Source: Camelus ferus (lineage: Eukaryota). From it: DNA of 64,000 bases. Location of the stretch: the NCBI RefSeq assembly GCF_009834535.1, contig NC_045705.1, positions 32,054,001 to 32,118,000 of the forward strand, given 5' to 3'. Under the pieces are notes generated by a model, which was given only the letters and a program-made list of their open reading frames with translations, had not been told where the DNA came from and searched no databases. Below are positions 36,939 through 48,522 of this stretch, piece after piece. The translations under genes and the position numbers were made by a program. The stretch's first letter is position 1. Every line of letters begins with the position of its first letter.

Positions 36939-37877
36939 ATGCTAGCTGGAAATCAGAGTGCCACAGCCACGTTCACCCTCTTGGGCTTCTCGGAATATCC
37001 TGACCTCCAGGTCCCCTTGTTCCTGGTGTTCCTCGTCATCTACACGGTCACTGTGCTGGGGAACCTGGGCATGGTCACCATCATCAGGGTCAGTCCCAAA
37101 CTCCACACCCCCATGTACTTCTTTCTTAGTCAGTTGTCCTTTGCTGATTTCTGTTATTCCACCACAGTCACACCCAAGCTCTTGGAGAACTTGGTTGTGG
37201 AAGACAGAACCATCTCTTTCCTAGGATGCATCCTGCAATTCTTCTTTGCTTGTATATTTGCAGCGGCTGAAATCTTCATGTTGGCAGTGATGGCCTATGA
37301 CCGATTTGTGGCCATTTGTAAGCCTCTACTGTACACAGTAGTCATGTCCCCAAAGCTCTGCGCATTACTAGTGGCCGGACCCTATACATGGAGGGTAGTC
37401 TCTTCCCTGACACTCACCTATTTTCTCCTGGCATTATCCTTCTGTGGGTCTAACATCATCAATAATTTTGTCTGTGAGCACTTGGCCATTGTCTCTGTCT
37501 CCTGCTCTGACCCCCACATCAGCCAGATGCTTTGTTTTGTCATCGTCATATTCAATGAGGTGAGCAGCCTGGCAATTATCCTCACTACTTATATTTCCAT
37601 TTTTGTCACTATCATAAAGATGCCTTCTGCTGGTGGGCGCCAAAAAGCCTTCTCCACTTGTGCCTCTCATCTGACCGCCATCACCATTTTCCATGGGATG
37701 GTCCTGTTCCTTTATTGCGTGCCCAGCTCCAGAAACTCATGGTTCATAGTCAAAGTAGGTTCTGCCTTTTATACGGTGGTGATTCCCATGCTGAACCCTC
37801 TGATCTACAGCCTCAGGAACAAAGATGTGAAAGAGAGTGTCAGGAAATTAATGAATCACTTGATACCATTTTGTTGA
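36939..37877 (+). CDS. Olfactory receptor, family 5 subfamily D (312 aa; real start MLAGNQS)
   Basis: The first ATG of the frame is at 36939, after ttttctccaacAGcAG. The ORF-track GTG start at 36870 is intronic. All OR motifs are present. Confidence 0.92.
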   Translation: MLAGNQSATATFTLLGFSEYPDLQVPLFLVFLVIYTVTVLGNLGMVTIIRVSPKLHTPMYFFLSQLSFADFCYSTTVTPKLLENLVVEDRTISFLGCILQFFFACIFAAAEIFMLAVMAYDRFVAICKPLLYTVVMSPKLCALLVAGPYTWRVVSSLTLTYFLLALSFCGSNIINNFVCEHLAIVSVSCSDPHISQMLCFVIVIFNEVSSLAIILTTYISIFVTIIKMPSAGGRQKAFSTCASHLTAITIFHGMVLFLYCVPSSRNSWFIVKVGSAFYTVVIPMLNPLIYSLRNKDVKESVRKLMNHLIPFC

Positions 37878-38079
37878 AGACTTGTATTTCCACAAGAAAT
37901 TTGATCTATCAGATAAAGCCATGTTCAGTGCTTCTAGTAGAGGTGATGATTCAAATTTTGTAGTCAATTCACTAGATTTTAAAATCTAGTCATAAACCAG
38001 TTATTTGATCATTTGATTTCTATGCACTTCAATGTTTAATGAAATAGAGGCAAACCATACGTGAAATAACGTTAAGTAC

Positions 38080-38523
38080 TGTGGATGAGTCGCGTCTCCC
38101 CAAATATCTATGTTCACCCGGAAGCTCAGAATGTGAACTTATTGGTCAACAGGATCTTTGCAGATGTAATTAAGGTAAAAATCATGATGAGATTAAAGTA
38201 AGCCCTAAGTTCAAAGAATGCGTTTTTATACAGGACCGAAAAAAAAAAAAAAAAGGACATACAGAGACACACAGGGAAGCAGGGTGTGTAAATGCGGAGA
38301 CAGAGAGTGCCATTTTGCTGCTGCCCACCAGGGGGCGACATGAGCTCCCAGAATCGAGGACGTGAGGAAGGATTCTTCCCTAACGTCTTCTGAGGGCGCC
38401 TGGCTCTGCCTGCACTTTGATTTCAGGCTTCCGGTTTTGAGAATTGTGAGGAAATAAATTTCCGTTGTTTTAAACCAAGTCCGTGGTAATTTACTGTGGT
38501 AACACTAGGAGTTTTATTTAACA
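38080..38523 (+). mobile_element. ERVL-MaLR solo LTR (MLT1A-D-like)
   Basis: TG...CA ends, ctcagaatgtga, tctttgcagatgtaattaaggt, ttgatttcaggcttcc, aataaatttccgttgttttaaacc. Confidence 0.85.
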
Positions 38524-39723
38524 GTTAAAAACCAGACCATAGAATATTGACTGATACCTCGATTGGCACGGGAAATTATCTAAATTATCTTTTAAATCAT
38601 CATCCCATTCCATTGAAGCAACTGGAATATCGGGGGTTATAGAGGAATTCTGAAAAGCTGGAGCTGACTAGAAGTGTGAATATGGAAGAATTGGCCATGA
38701 AAGGCTGGAGGCATTATCTCTAAAATCAGGCCACTTTCTTTGCTCTGAATGAAAAACCCTTTGCCTGCCTTATCAGCAAACAAAGGATGTTGCAGCCTTC
38801 AAGCCACTACAGCCGCCTGGAGGGTGAGCCCCGAGGGATCTCAGGATGGAGACGGGCAGGCTGCCCACTGCCAAGCCCTTGCCTCCACAGCCACGCCCCA
38901 GGGTGCACACTGAGACGACTCAGGAGGGAAAGCTCAGGACACTGGCACTCGATGGCTGAGGTGCACAGCGAAGACCTTCCCATGCAGAGGAAAGCACTAC
39001 ATCCCTTAACTTGAAACGTCTGGTTTTCTTTAATGAAGAGTCATCTTTTGATGTTCTGGCTGAGGCTGCCTCCAGGCTCTGAAGTCCTCAGAATGTCTTC
39101 CAAACAAAACAGAATTCTTAACTTTTAGGTTGTGCTTTTTTTTTTCCCCGTCGACAGCTCCTTTCTCCCTAAGGGCCTCCTGTAATTTTATTATAATATA
39201 GGAAGTGATATTAAACATGATGACTCTGACTATCAAGTAAAAATGTTGACCTTATACCTGGAAGGATCAACAAGGGGACCAAACCAACAGTGACAAAAAT
39301 AAAAACTGTTACTAACCTCACTTATCTCACAGTCTGACGTGTCCACTTTGATATTCTAAATTCTACTTACTAATGCAGTGGTTAGCACAATGCATTTCAC
39401 ATGTGCTAATTTCACGTGTCTTAATTTCAAATTTCAAAATACATTTCAAATGTGTTCATTACACATCTGCTCTGTGTGGCATAGATTCATCTACCAGACA
39501 AATAGGGCATTGCTGCGAGTGCGTCAACTGAAATGTGTCCTAAAGTTGTTTCCCCAAAAGAAAAAAGGAAAAGACCTCGGTCCTTGTCTTACCTGAGAGG
39601 CAGGTTTGCAGCTGGGAGACAGTGTGTTGTGTAGGGAACGATTTTAAAGGATTATTTAGGGAAAGAAAAGTACACCTCTAAAAATGGGAGGCAGGCTGAT
39701 CCAAGGGGGAACTGCAGTGGTCC

Positions 39724-40349
39724 TGATGCAGGAAAAACGGATGCGGGGCATGGGGAGGGCCGTGTCCCAGGCTTCGGTCGAGCCCCTGGGATGAGCCCCG
39801 CCAAGTGTGGGTCCTCGGCTTCACGGAGGAAAGTATTCAAGAGCGAGCCACAGTTGAGTAAAGGCAAATTTATTCAGAGAGATACATTGAAAGGCAAGAG
39901 AAAGGCCATGAGGTGTGGGAGTTGGGTGCTCAGATTTAATGTAGGTACACACTCCATAGACAGAGTGCATGCCTTCTCTGAAGGTGGGGGGGCATGGCCA
40001 TGAGGCACCATGTTGCCAGTTTTTATGCGCTTAGTGGCTTCATATGCAAATAAGTGGAAGGACCAGTCTAACTAGCCTGGGGAAGGGGCTAGGATTCCCA
40101 GGAAGTTGGCCATTTGCCACTCTGTGACCTTTTCTGGCTAGCCTTGGGACTGTCATGGCGCCTGTGGGCATGTTACTCACCATGCTAATACGTTACAGTG
40201 AGCGTAAAATGAAGCTCAAGATCTGCTGGAAGTCAGACCTCCCAGCATTTTCAGCCTCAAGGCCTGCTGGGGGTTGAATCTTCCGCCATTTTTATGTTAA
40301 TTGCTGTAGCAGTCCTTGAATGGCTGTGCCCTGCCCCCTTCCTGTCTCA
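39724..40349 (-). mobile_element. ERV1-type solo LTR (MER4-group-like) nested in the older LTR
   Basis: TG...CA ends (minus strand starts TGAGACAGGAAG), 4-bp flanks GTCC/GTCT, and a gaggaaagtattcaagagcgagcc...aaatttatt block. Confidence 0.75.
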
Positions 40350-40370
40350 GTCTTTGTCTGCCCTTTCCCT

Positions 40371-41508
40371 ATTTTTTGTTTTTCAACTGAGTTAGAGTCA
40401 GTTTACAACGTTGTGTCAGTTTCTGGTGCACAGCACAATTTTTCAGTCATACATGAATATACATATATTCATTTTCATATTCTTTTTTACCGTGAGCTAC
40501 TACAAGATCTTGTATATATTTCTCTGGGCTAAAAAGTATAAACTTGTTTATCTATTCTATATATACCTGTCAGTGTCTACAAATCTTGAACTCCCAGTTT
40601 GTCCCTTCCCACCCCACTCCCCCTGGCAGTCACAAGTCTGTATTCTATGTCTGTGAGTCTGTTTCTGTTTTATATATAAGTTCATTTGGCTTTTTTTTTT
40701 AGTTTCCACAGATAAGTGATATCATATAGTATTTTTCTTTCTCTTTCTGGGTTGCTTTACTTAGAATGACATTCTCCAGGGACATCCATGTTGCTGCAAA
40801 TGGCATTATGTTGTCATTTTTATGGCTGAATAGTATTCCATTGTATAAATACACCATGACTTATTTATCCAGTCGTCTGTTGATGGACATTTAGGTTGTT
40901 TCCATGTCTTGGCTATTATAAATAGAGTAAATATTGTAAGTAGTGCTGCTATGAACATTGGGGTGCAAATGTCTTTTTGAAGTAGGTTTCCTTCTGAATA
41001 TATGCCTAGGAGTGGGATTGCTGGATCATATGGTAAGTCTATTTTTAGCCTTTTGAGGAATCTCCATATTTTTTTCCACAGGACTGCACTGAACCAAATT
41101 GCATTCCCACCAACAGGGTAGGAGGGTTCCCTTTTCTCCACACTCTCTCCAGCATTTATCATTTGTAGACTTTTGACTGAGGGCCATTCTGACCGGTGTG
41201 AGGTGACACCTCATTGTAGTTTTGATTTGCATTTCTCTGATAATTAGTGATACTGAGCATTTTTTCATGTGCCTATTGGTCATTCGTATGTCTTCATCAG
41301 AGGATTGCTTATTTAGGTCTTCTGCCCACTTTTAGATTGGGTTGTTTGTTTTTTTCCTATTAAGCTGTATGAGCTGTTTATATATTCTGGAGATCAAGCC
41401 TTTGTCAGTTTCATCTTTTGCACAACATTTTCTCGCATTCCTTAGGTTGTCATTTTGTTTTACTTATGGTTTCCTTTGCTGTGCAAAAGCTGGTAAGTTT
41501 AATTAGGT
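40371..41508 (-). mobile_element. 5'-truncated L1 (ORF2 C-terminus + 3' UTR)
   Basis: The minus-strand ORF encodes [11 protein letters not shown]...AKTWKQPKCPSTDDW...TMEYYSAIK. T-rich tail at the left; imperfect duplication tctgccctttccct/tctgcctttcct. Confidence 0.92.
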
Positions 41509-42699
41509 TCTGCCTTTCCTCTTCCACCCTCACTTAGAGGTGGTCTTTTGATTGATTGGCGGCTTTTGCCCCTGGAGTGCTTAGTTATGTTTGGCCCTTT
41601 TGCGCATGTCCTTACCCACGTTGTACACAGAAAGACCCTTTGGGGTTGCCAAAACTGCAATGTTAATTATAATACAATGAGCACTGGGCCTTGTCTGGAT
41701 AAGTCCTTCTCACTACCGAGCAGTTGGGACTTCCAGATTCTAGCTGGCTTCTTGCTGACACTCATTTAGAAGAAGTAAAGTCCCTTTACGCTGGAGGCGG
41801 GCATAATGCCATCTTCCAGACCATCCTCCCTCTCCCCCACCTATCTGCCAGGTGCCCTCACTTATCTAACTACCTAACAGAGTGATTATTCATTTCTTGG
41901 TCTTTACCCAGTGAGTGACTGAGTTAGAAAAAATTCAAAATGTTATCTCTGTTTATCTCTTGTCAATCATGGTTTGTATCACTCAAGATTCCCCAGGATG
42001 GGTGCTGTGAAGATGTGCAGTATTGTCACCCCACATCCCCTTAGTGGTTAAATAACAATCACATCTCTAGAGTAAGTGTGTTGGTCTCAAGTATAACATT
42101 TAACTTTACCTTATACTGTAAGACATGCCACCAATACTTGTCACGTGTGTGAGTAGGGAAGCAAGTATAAACATAAAATAAACAGATATTCTACTTTTAA
42201 TTTTTCTTAGTTATAAAGCAGGGGTCCCACATGACAACCATAATATTATGACCAGTTACTAATACACTGTATTGTGCATTTTCCAAATAATGCTTCTCAA
42301 GGACTGTTTTTTACTCTGGGCATTAAAATGAAAAATTTCAGTTTTAGTTCCACCAGAGAGGATTGTATATTTCATGTGTGTGTGCGTGTGCTGGGGGGTA
42401 TTGTGTTATTGGGATGCAAAATATATATACACTCCACCTTCCAACACACTTATGACAAAGTGAATATTATCAGTCATTACCCTTCAGAATGAATTACGTT
42501 ATTAATTATTTTGTGGTACATTGATTTATATTTGGAGAAACAATGAATCCTCTCTGGACTTGAATATGTGAATAAAAGAGGAAAGAAGGCAATACATGAC
42601 AACATAGGAAAAGGCAGAAAAAAAAATGCCTGAGTATGTTCATTTATTTTTATTTTGCCAATTCACCAAAATTTCCATCAGACCATAAATAATTAAAGC

Positions 42700-42861
42700 C
42701 AGTGATTTTCAAATTTTATTATTCATGCAAATCATCTGGGGGTGCTGTAAAATGCAGATATTGGCAAAGTGCCTGGGATGGGGCCCAAGATTCTGCATTT
42801 CTGACAGTCTTGCAAGGGGTGCTGGTGTTACTGGCCATTGGAAGAGACTCTGGGTAGCAAG
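42700..42861 (+). mobile_element. MER5-family hAT MITE remnant
   Basis: cagtgattttcaaa...aaaatgcagat...ggggcccaagattctgcatttct. Confidence 0.65.
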
Positions 42862-43199
42862 AATCTAAACAAACTTTTGTTTTTTTGGATAAAATTCAGC
42901 AGGTGTAGACTCATGCCTAATTTTGTGTGAAGTCATCAGAGGCCCCTGAAAGTAAATCCCTCATTTCTCTTCTCTTTCATTGGCAACAACATGAATAAGT
43001 ATTAAACTAGTTTTAATTATGATTATAATAACATCATTTTAATTATGAAATTTTGGTAATTTCACAAACTTTATAACAAATGTGTTTCTTTACTATGAAA
43101 CGTTTACATCAGGGAATAAAACGTTCATAATCCTCATGGTCCGAGTATACTCCCTTTTTAATTTCTCAGAAATGTTTAAGTCTTTGCAGAGGACATTTC

Positions 43200-44135
43200 T
43201 GTGTGAGTGAGCCAGTGCAGGGCTGAGGGTCAGGATGTCAGAAAAGCAAGAAATGTGGTCAAGCAGGGCTTTGTGGTGTATTTGAAGAACGTTGGCTTTT
43301 ACTTTGAGTAAAATGAGGAGACACTGCAGGGTTTAGAAGAGTGATATGACCTGACCTAAATTTTAAAAGAAACACTATGCTTGATGTTGAGAATAAATTG
43401 TAGGAGAAGAAAAAAGGTAAAAATTGGAAGCTTGTTTAGAGGTTTATGTAATTAGAAAAGATGATGAATTTTGCTTCTCTTTCTTTCCACCTAAACTAAA
43501 CACAATTCCTAAAAAAACAGTGTTAGCAGTGCTGGTCATTCCTTCCTAGCTGTTCTTTCTGCCACTGTCCTAAAGACACTTTCTACCTGTGAGCATCACA
43601 GAGTCCTCCCCACCTGTGCCTTCTACAACACCACCACCCTCTCTCTACAGTGAGCCCAACTCCGAAAGCTCACAGGTAAGTGCTCAAATAGGGTCTTATC
43701 TTACACTGTGCTAATTCCCATGCTAAACTCACTAACGTAGCTTGAAATACAAAAATGTGAAAGATCTTGTGAAGATGTTAAGAGGCTCCAAAGTACTTTA
43801 GTGCTCAGTCTAGTATTAAGTAATACATTCCTATGAAATTATTTATGTGCCTATTCAAATGTCACCTTCCCAGAAAATTCTTCCCTGAAGACCTAATGTA
43901 ATGGGATAGTCACTCCGTATCCCCTTAACCCTATTTACAATTTTTTTCATGGAAATAGATGAAAGTTTAATACATGCAGTAGTTTATTTGGCTCTTCCTT
44001 TTTTCTCCCAGTAGAATATAAACTGCGAGAGGGCAGACATTTCTTGTGTTATTACTGTATCTTCTATCTCTAATGCCCAGAAAAGTGTTTAGAAAACACA
44101 TGTGGTCTTTGATGAAGACTTATGGGGTGAATAAA
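43200..44135. mobile_element. L2 remnants (about 43200-43450 and 43850-44135)
   Basis: ttcaaatgtcaccttccc...agaatataaactgcgagagggcagac is an L2 3' block; ggcttttactttgagtaaaatgagg is another L2 block. Confidence 0.6.
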
Positions 44136-44494
44136 GAAAGGAAATATAAATTTTAGATGAATTGATAATATTTAGCATTATGTTCTGTTTACCTAGGTAA
44201 GTGTTTAGGTGATGTCTCCTCAATGAATACAGCTGCCACTTGAGATTCAAAAAGCTGAAAGAACAGAAATAATACCATCAAAGACAATCATGCTTATTTA
44301 TATCAATGCTTCTGCCAATTGTTTTACTGTGGAAGTTATTTCTTTATATGATTTTAACTATTTAGTTGTAGCTGAATATTTATAACCACTTAACTATCTT
44401 GCAGTTGTCAGAACCAAAAAATGATGCATCCGTCATCATCAGAGTCTCTCATAATGAGACTTGAGAGTGGTTTTAAGAAATGGGTCATGTTCAA

Positions 44495-44610
44495 GGAGGG
44501 AGGTATAGCTCAATGGTAGAGCTCATGTTTAGCATGCACAGAGTCCTGGATTCGATACCCCATACCCCCATCAAAACAAACAAAAAAGTGAACAAACAAA
44601 CAAACAAAAT
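44495..44610 (+). mobile_element. tRNA-Ala-derived SINE (Vic-1-like)
   Basis: tRNA-like head, (AAAC)n tail, and an 11-bp target duplication GTCATGTTCAA at 44484-44494 and 44615-44625. Confidence 0.9.
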
Positions 44611-46419
44611 ACTTGTCATGTTCAATTTAGAGATCCTTTCCTTTCAGAGCTTAAAACAAATTTCAGAAAAAATTGAGAAGTTTATTCATTAACATAGTTA
44701 ACATTGCAAGCAATATTGGTCCATCTGAATTACTTACAAATTGAAACCTGTAGGGTTGTAGATATAATTCATAAATGATATCCTTGGATTAAACTGACCC
44801 TGGTTCGCAATGATGGGAGAAAGTTGTTTATAGCTTAGGTTACAGGCCTGCATACTTCTGGATCATTCCATATATTTCTGGTGAAATTGCTTTTGGGCTT
44901 GGACAAGTGATAATTTGGCTTATTGGAAAGACTGAAATAGTGTGTCAATACCAGTATTCCTGAGGTGTAAAACCTAAAAAATATTTAAGTTTCATAAATA
45001 ATTATGCATGATTCACAAGAAAAAGTGTCAGAAATATGGAAGTACCCTTCTAAATATCTATGGAAACCTCTCCATAAGCGATGTATACTAACTTGAGATG
45101 TAAATGTTTTCATTAAGAATTCTTATAAAAATTGGCCTCTCCTAAGACAATCAAGAGAATTTCTTTATGATTTCAGAGTAGGTAAACATTCAAAAAGCAA
45201 AATAAATGTTACTACATTAAGATTAAAGTGTATTCAGTTGAAACACATGGAAACATGCAGAGAAACTGCAGAATGAAAGTAAAATTTTGAAACATATTTA
45301 ACAGACTAAAGAGTAACGTCTACAGCATAGAAATATTTATGACAAAGTAATCAGAAGACAGTAAATAAAGGGGTGTTAAAACTAGGAACATATACGCAAT
45401 AAATAATCTTTAGTATTTCCTGTGTAGCCTCCAAGTATTATTTTCTGTATATATCATGGCATGAAAAATTGTGGCAAATCACTGCTCTGGAGAAACTCAA
45501 ACACACATGCACAAAAAGAGATGTACAAAAATGTACAGTTGCATGTACCTTGTGTTAACAAAAATGAAAACAGCTTAAATAGACATTAAACATGCTTTTG
45601 GTCATACTATTGAACACTGCACAAATTAAAATTATTGTATTAGAAAAAATACACCAGTAAGTATAAATATTATTCAGTATCATCTAAATAGTTAAAAACT
45701 GCAATGAGTACTATATATACATGTATGTAGATGGTGTATGAATATTCACATAGGTACAAGATAAATAATATCATGGGAATGAAAAGCACCAAATTATAAA
45801 GTTTATTGCTGAGAAGAAAGGGGAGAATTAAACGGCAGAAGGTTGTAAAAGGGTCTTTGATCTGTAAGGGTCTTTGTAGAGTTCTAAAAAAGTAAGAAAA
45901 TATTAATTTTTTCCAGTCAGCTTCAGTGCTTTAAATGGGAAAGAGAAGCCATAATTGAATATTTCAGTGTTCTTTATTTCTGTCCCAAAGGAGATCATTA
46001 AAAGTATCAAAATATATTTTTCTAGGAAGCAATTATCTTTTGATGCTCGGGGAGCTCAGAGTAGATAAAACAATCTGTCTTCATACTTGGTTTCCTTGTT
46101 TACAAGCAGTGTGACATAGATCTCTGGTGTAAATCCAGAACCATTTAGACTTCCACAGACAAGAAATTTCACATGTAGAAGGTTTAGAAGTGTTGCAAAT
46201 AGTTCATATTTAATGATATGTTGATAGAGAATAAAGGAAACTCTAGAAACTTACAATATAAAAAAGCTCTTTAAATGACCTTACTTCTCAGTATTCTGAA
46301 AATTTTAACTCATCAAAAAAAATTATAAAGTCCCAGCTAAAAGAAGAGAGTCATCTTTTTTTTTTTTGAGAGTCATCTTGATTCACAACATAATTATAAA
46401 AGTTCTTTTTTTTCCCCAA

Positions 46420-46935
46420 AAAGTAGTTTATTTCCAAAGAGGACATACACGTGGCCAATACATACATGAAAACATGCTGAACATCACCAATTATTAGGGA
46501 AATGTAAATCAAACCCAAAATGAGATGTCACCTCATACCTGTTAGAATGCCTATTATCCAAAAACAAAAACAAGACAAAAACAAACAAAAAAAGAGAGAA
46601 CAAATGTCAGCAAGAATTTGTTACTAGCAAGGAGAAAACAGAATTCTGCTGCACTGTTGGTGAGAATGTAAATTTGCATAAATTTGTATAACCACTGTGG
46701 ACAGCACTATGGAAAACAGAATGGAAATTCTTTAAAAATGTAAATAAAAATGAAAACAGAAGTACTGTATGATTCCCTTCTGAGTATTTGTCCAAAGGGA
46801 ATGAAATCACTTTCTCTTGAAGAGATGTCCTCACCTCCTTATTTATTACAAAATTACTCACAAGAGCCTGGACATGGAAACTGTATCAGTGTCCAGTGAT
46901 GAGTGAGGGGATAAAGAATTGTATAAAACTGGAAA
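46420..46935 (+). mobile_element. L1MA/MB ORF2 3' fragment
   Basis: tccaaagaggacatacacgtggccaata...aaatgagatgtcacctcatacctgttagaatg. Confidence 0.75.
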
Positions 46936-47225
46936 AAAGAAAGAAGTAGCTTGTCTCTTCGCTCTGTTAAATGGAATAGATGATAGAGAAGACAAAAAGT
47001 TCAAATAAGAGTAGGAATAGCAGAGGACTAGAAACAAGGAAGACCTGTGGGGGAAAATTTTTCCTCTGACTAAGTATCATTGTCCAGAACTTTGTGGTGC
47101 TTAATGGAAGAAGTTAAACAAATAAATATGTGACTATATGAACATATACATGCATGAATCTATCCATCCATCCATCCATCCACAGATACATAAAAAGTCT
47201 CCACTGGACAGAAGTAGAGGATTAC

Positions 47226-47698
47226 TGTGATAAAGTAAACAAAAGCCCCCCAGAGATACACAGGCCCTAAACCCTGGAATCTTGAATGAATGTCAGTGTT
47301 ACCTTCTACCCAAAAGGGACTTCACAGTTGTGATTAAGGATTTTGAGATGGGACGATTGGCCTGGATTGTCTGAGTGCTAAACATAATTAACGTGTCTTT
47401 ATAAGAGGGAGGGAGGGGGAGATTTGTTACAGAAGAGACAGCGATGTGACAATGGAAGCAGAGACTGGAGTGGTTCTGTCACAGCCAAGGACTGTGAGCG
47501 CCCTCCAGAGGCGGGAGGAAGCAAAGGACGGATGTCCCCTGGAGCCTTCAGAAGGAACCAGCTCTGCCTTGATTTAAGCCCTATCCCTCATTTTGGACTT
47601 CTGCCCCGCAGAACTACAGTAACAAATATGTATTGTTTCAAACCACTAAGTTTTTTTTTTAATGTAATTTATGGCAGTAGCAGTAGGAAACTGATACA
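47226..47698 (+). mobile_element. ERVL-MaLR solo LTR (MLT1D-like)
   Basis: gggacttcacagttgtgattaagg, gatgtgacaatggaagcagagactgg, cccctggagccttcagaaggaaccagctctgcc, gtaggaaactgataca. Confidence 0.85.
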
Positions 47699-48522
47699 AT
47701 AATCTTTCCAAATATTAAAACTTTTAAAGGTGCAGAATCAGAGACTAAATAAATATGACTGCAACTTAATAAATTGACTAATCTCTTATCCAAAGAGAGG
47801 GGACAAGACTATCACAAGAAAATCAGAAAATTTGCATAAAGCAACAAGAGAAGTGTCTTCTCCTGTTCAGGCCGTGGCATAAGGACTTTCAAAGCAGCTC
47901 TCCCTTACTTAGTCTGACCTCTGTAGGAAAATCATGGGGAAATGGAAAGTGGTTATCGTGTGGATGCCTCTGGAGCTCTACCTTCATCGTAGGACAGGAA
48001 AGAGGTTATCGTTTACTAGAGGAGAGTCTTTACGCTGTTTTAGAAAACCAACAGAGGTAAGTCTAAATTTTTCTCTCCAGTTTCAATCATTTCTCACCAT
48101 TCCGTGGGCTGACTGCGTGAGCCTTCTGCCAGTCTCCCTTGGGCTCATCTTGTGACCGCAATCCATTGGGAGCTCTGGTGGGGCTGAAACTTCTGAAACG
48201 ATGTCACCCCTCTGTTAGGAGATCTGGTCCTGACTGTTGGGTGGAGTGTCTCAGCGTTTTCCTGTGGAATCTCTCACCCACTGGGAGGCTACAGTGGATT
48301 CCTTACCTGGGGACCTCAGAGCAGTGTTTGAAGAGACTGAAAGTAGAAACTGTAAGACACCTTGGTGCCCCTACTCCCTAACCAATTAACATCATCCCAC
48401 CATGTTTTCCTGATCAGACGAGTCACAGTCCCGTCTTAATGGGCTCATCCCCGTGTTCTCCAGTGGAAGCATCGTTCTTCTAACTCCTTGGCCTCACGGT
48501 TTCACTTATGGGAAGTTAGAGA

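Larger units (their letters stand above)
39628..41879 (-). mobile_element. Older ERV1-type solo LTR, interrupted by a younger LTR and an L1
   Basis: The right end reads TGTTAGGTAGTTAGATAAG on the minus strand. LTR-like sequence resumes on both sides of the two inserts. Confidence 0.6.

Noticed and set aside
40806-41283. ORFs resembling a nucleic-acid-binding protein (also 26912-27532)
   Set aside because: Frameshifted L1 ORF2 C-terminal remnants.
48130-48150. Composite EBF-LHX2 enhancer (Greek Island) motif
   Set aside because: The EBF half fits but the homeodomain half (CTCATCT) does not. I found no convincing composite motif by eye anywhere; a PWM scan is needed.
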